Below are positions 63,056-64,000 of a stretch of 64,000 nt of DNA, one piece after another (positions within the stretch are counted from its first letter, which is position 1; each line of letters starts with the position of its first letter). Both the position numbers and the translations under genes were made by a program. The DNA comes from Cetorhinus maximus. Lineage: Eukaryota. Under the pieces are notes generated by a model. That model was not told where the DNA came from, did not search any database, and was given only the letters and a program-made list of their open reading frames with translations. Location: the NCBI RefSeq assembly GCF_964194155.1, contig NC_135881.1, positions 136,214,001-136,278,000 on the forward strand, given 5' to 3'.

Positions 63056-64000
63056 CACTCGCAGCATGGAAGTTCAAAGCTTGCCATTCGACAGTTGGGG
63101 TTTGTTGCAAGGAACTTTTTAGTGATTTCCCATGTTTCCCATTCCTTCATCCAAAGGATGTTTGCTGAAGGATCTTGCTCAGGAAGGTTGATCGGTTTGG
63201 GGCGCCAAAATGGAAATGGGCAGCAGGTGACTTGACCAGATCATCATAGAGTGGCAGGTGAGGCACAGCACGGATGGTTTCAGCCAACTTGTGGGTTTTT
63301 ATCAGTTGCTGCATGTGTGACCGAGTGATTATGTGAGGACACGAAGTCAAGGAGGGGTGTTGAGTGGAGGCTTCCAGTTATGATGTGCATTGTTGCGTTC
63401 AATTCAGTGTCAACAAGATCTTTACCAAACAGGTGCACAGTACTCTGCTGTGGAGTGATAGGGCAAGTACTGAGGTCCGAAGTGTTACAGCAGCAGTGTC
63501 CCACTTGGGTCCAGCAAGCTTGGTTAATAGATTGTTTCAGGGTTTGACCTTTGCTGCTGTTTTCTTCAGATGTTACTGGAAGGACAGAGTGATACCTAGA
63601 GTCACTCCCAAGTATGTTGGGTTGGTATCTTGCTTTTGTCTCTGGCCATCCATGTAGATATGCAATTTTTTTTTGACACTGGCATTGTGGAGATGGATAC
63701 ACAGAGTTTTAGAGGGATTCAACATGAGACGCCATGTGCTGCAGTAGTCTGTCAACTTTTAAAGCCTTCATTAAGGGCCTGGTCCAGAATACAGAAGGAC
63801 GGAGCTTGGATGGAACAGAGGTCATCAGCATAGATGAACTTGCGGGGGACATGGTTGTTGGCAGGTCATTTGTATGTGTGTTGAACAGCATTGGGGCTAG
63901 CACTGAGCTCTGTGGTAGTCTATTGGCCTGTCTTCTCCATGCATTTCACCCTTGGCCAAGGTGGACTCTGAATTGTCTGTTGCGAAGGAGTACATACCAA
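63056..64000 (-). mobile_element. Vingi/Ingi-clade LINE 3' part (continues beyond the window)
   Basis: LPQSSVLAPMLFN..TNDLP, KFIYADD, NPTYLGVTLG.TLSF and VDTELNATM.IITGSLHSTPL motifs. Confidence 0.75.

Noticed and set aside
51545-64000. FKBP14 exon 1 (signal peptide and start of the PPIase domain)
   Set aside because: No matching coding sequence found; probably beyond the right edge

Overview
Eukaryotic, repeat-dense vertebrate genomic DNA. The repeat families suggest a cartilaginous fish (shark); this is an inference. The only clearly recognisable host gene is FKBP14 on the minus strand: coding exons 2-4 at 51544-51393, 48527-48400 and 46545-46387, ending in KHDEL, with exon 1 not found in the window. 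A CpG-island promoter at about 12.5-14.2 kb appears to drive a second, unidentified minus-strand gene, with a non-coding first exon ending at 13229 and a downstream exon starting at 225. The rest is mostly nested mobile DNA: two decayed two-gene PIF/Harbinger transposons, a Gypsy retrotransposon with short LTRs and a tRNA-Ser primer site, many CR1 copies (one very young), L2, RTE, Tx1, Vingi and Penelope-like fragments, solo LTRs, MITEs and SINEs. The most unusual structure is a family of ORF1-less LINEs that begin with a tRNA-derived (Pol III-type) SINE head. It is present as a full-length copy, an internally deleted copy and a minimal head-plus-tail SINE. Repeat boundaries are approximate unless junction sequences are quoted.
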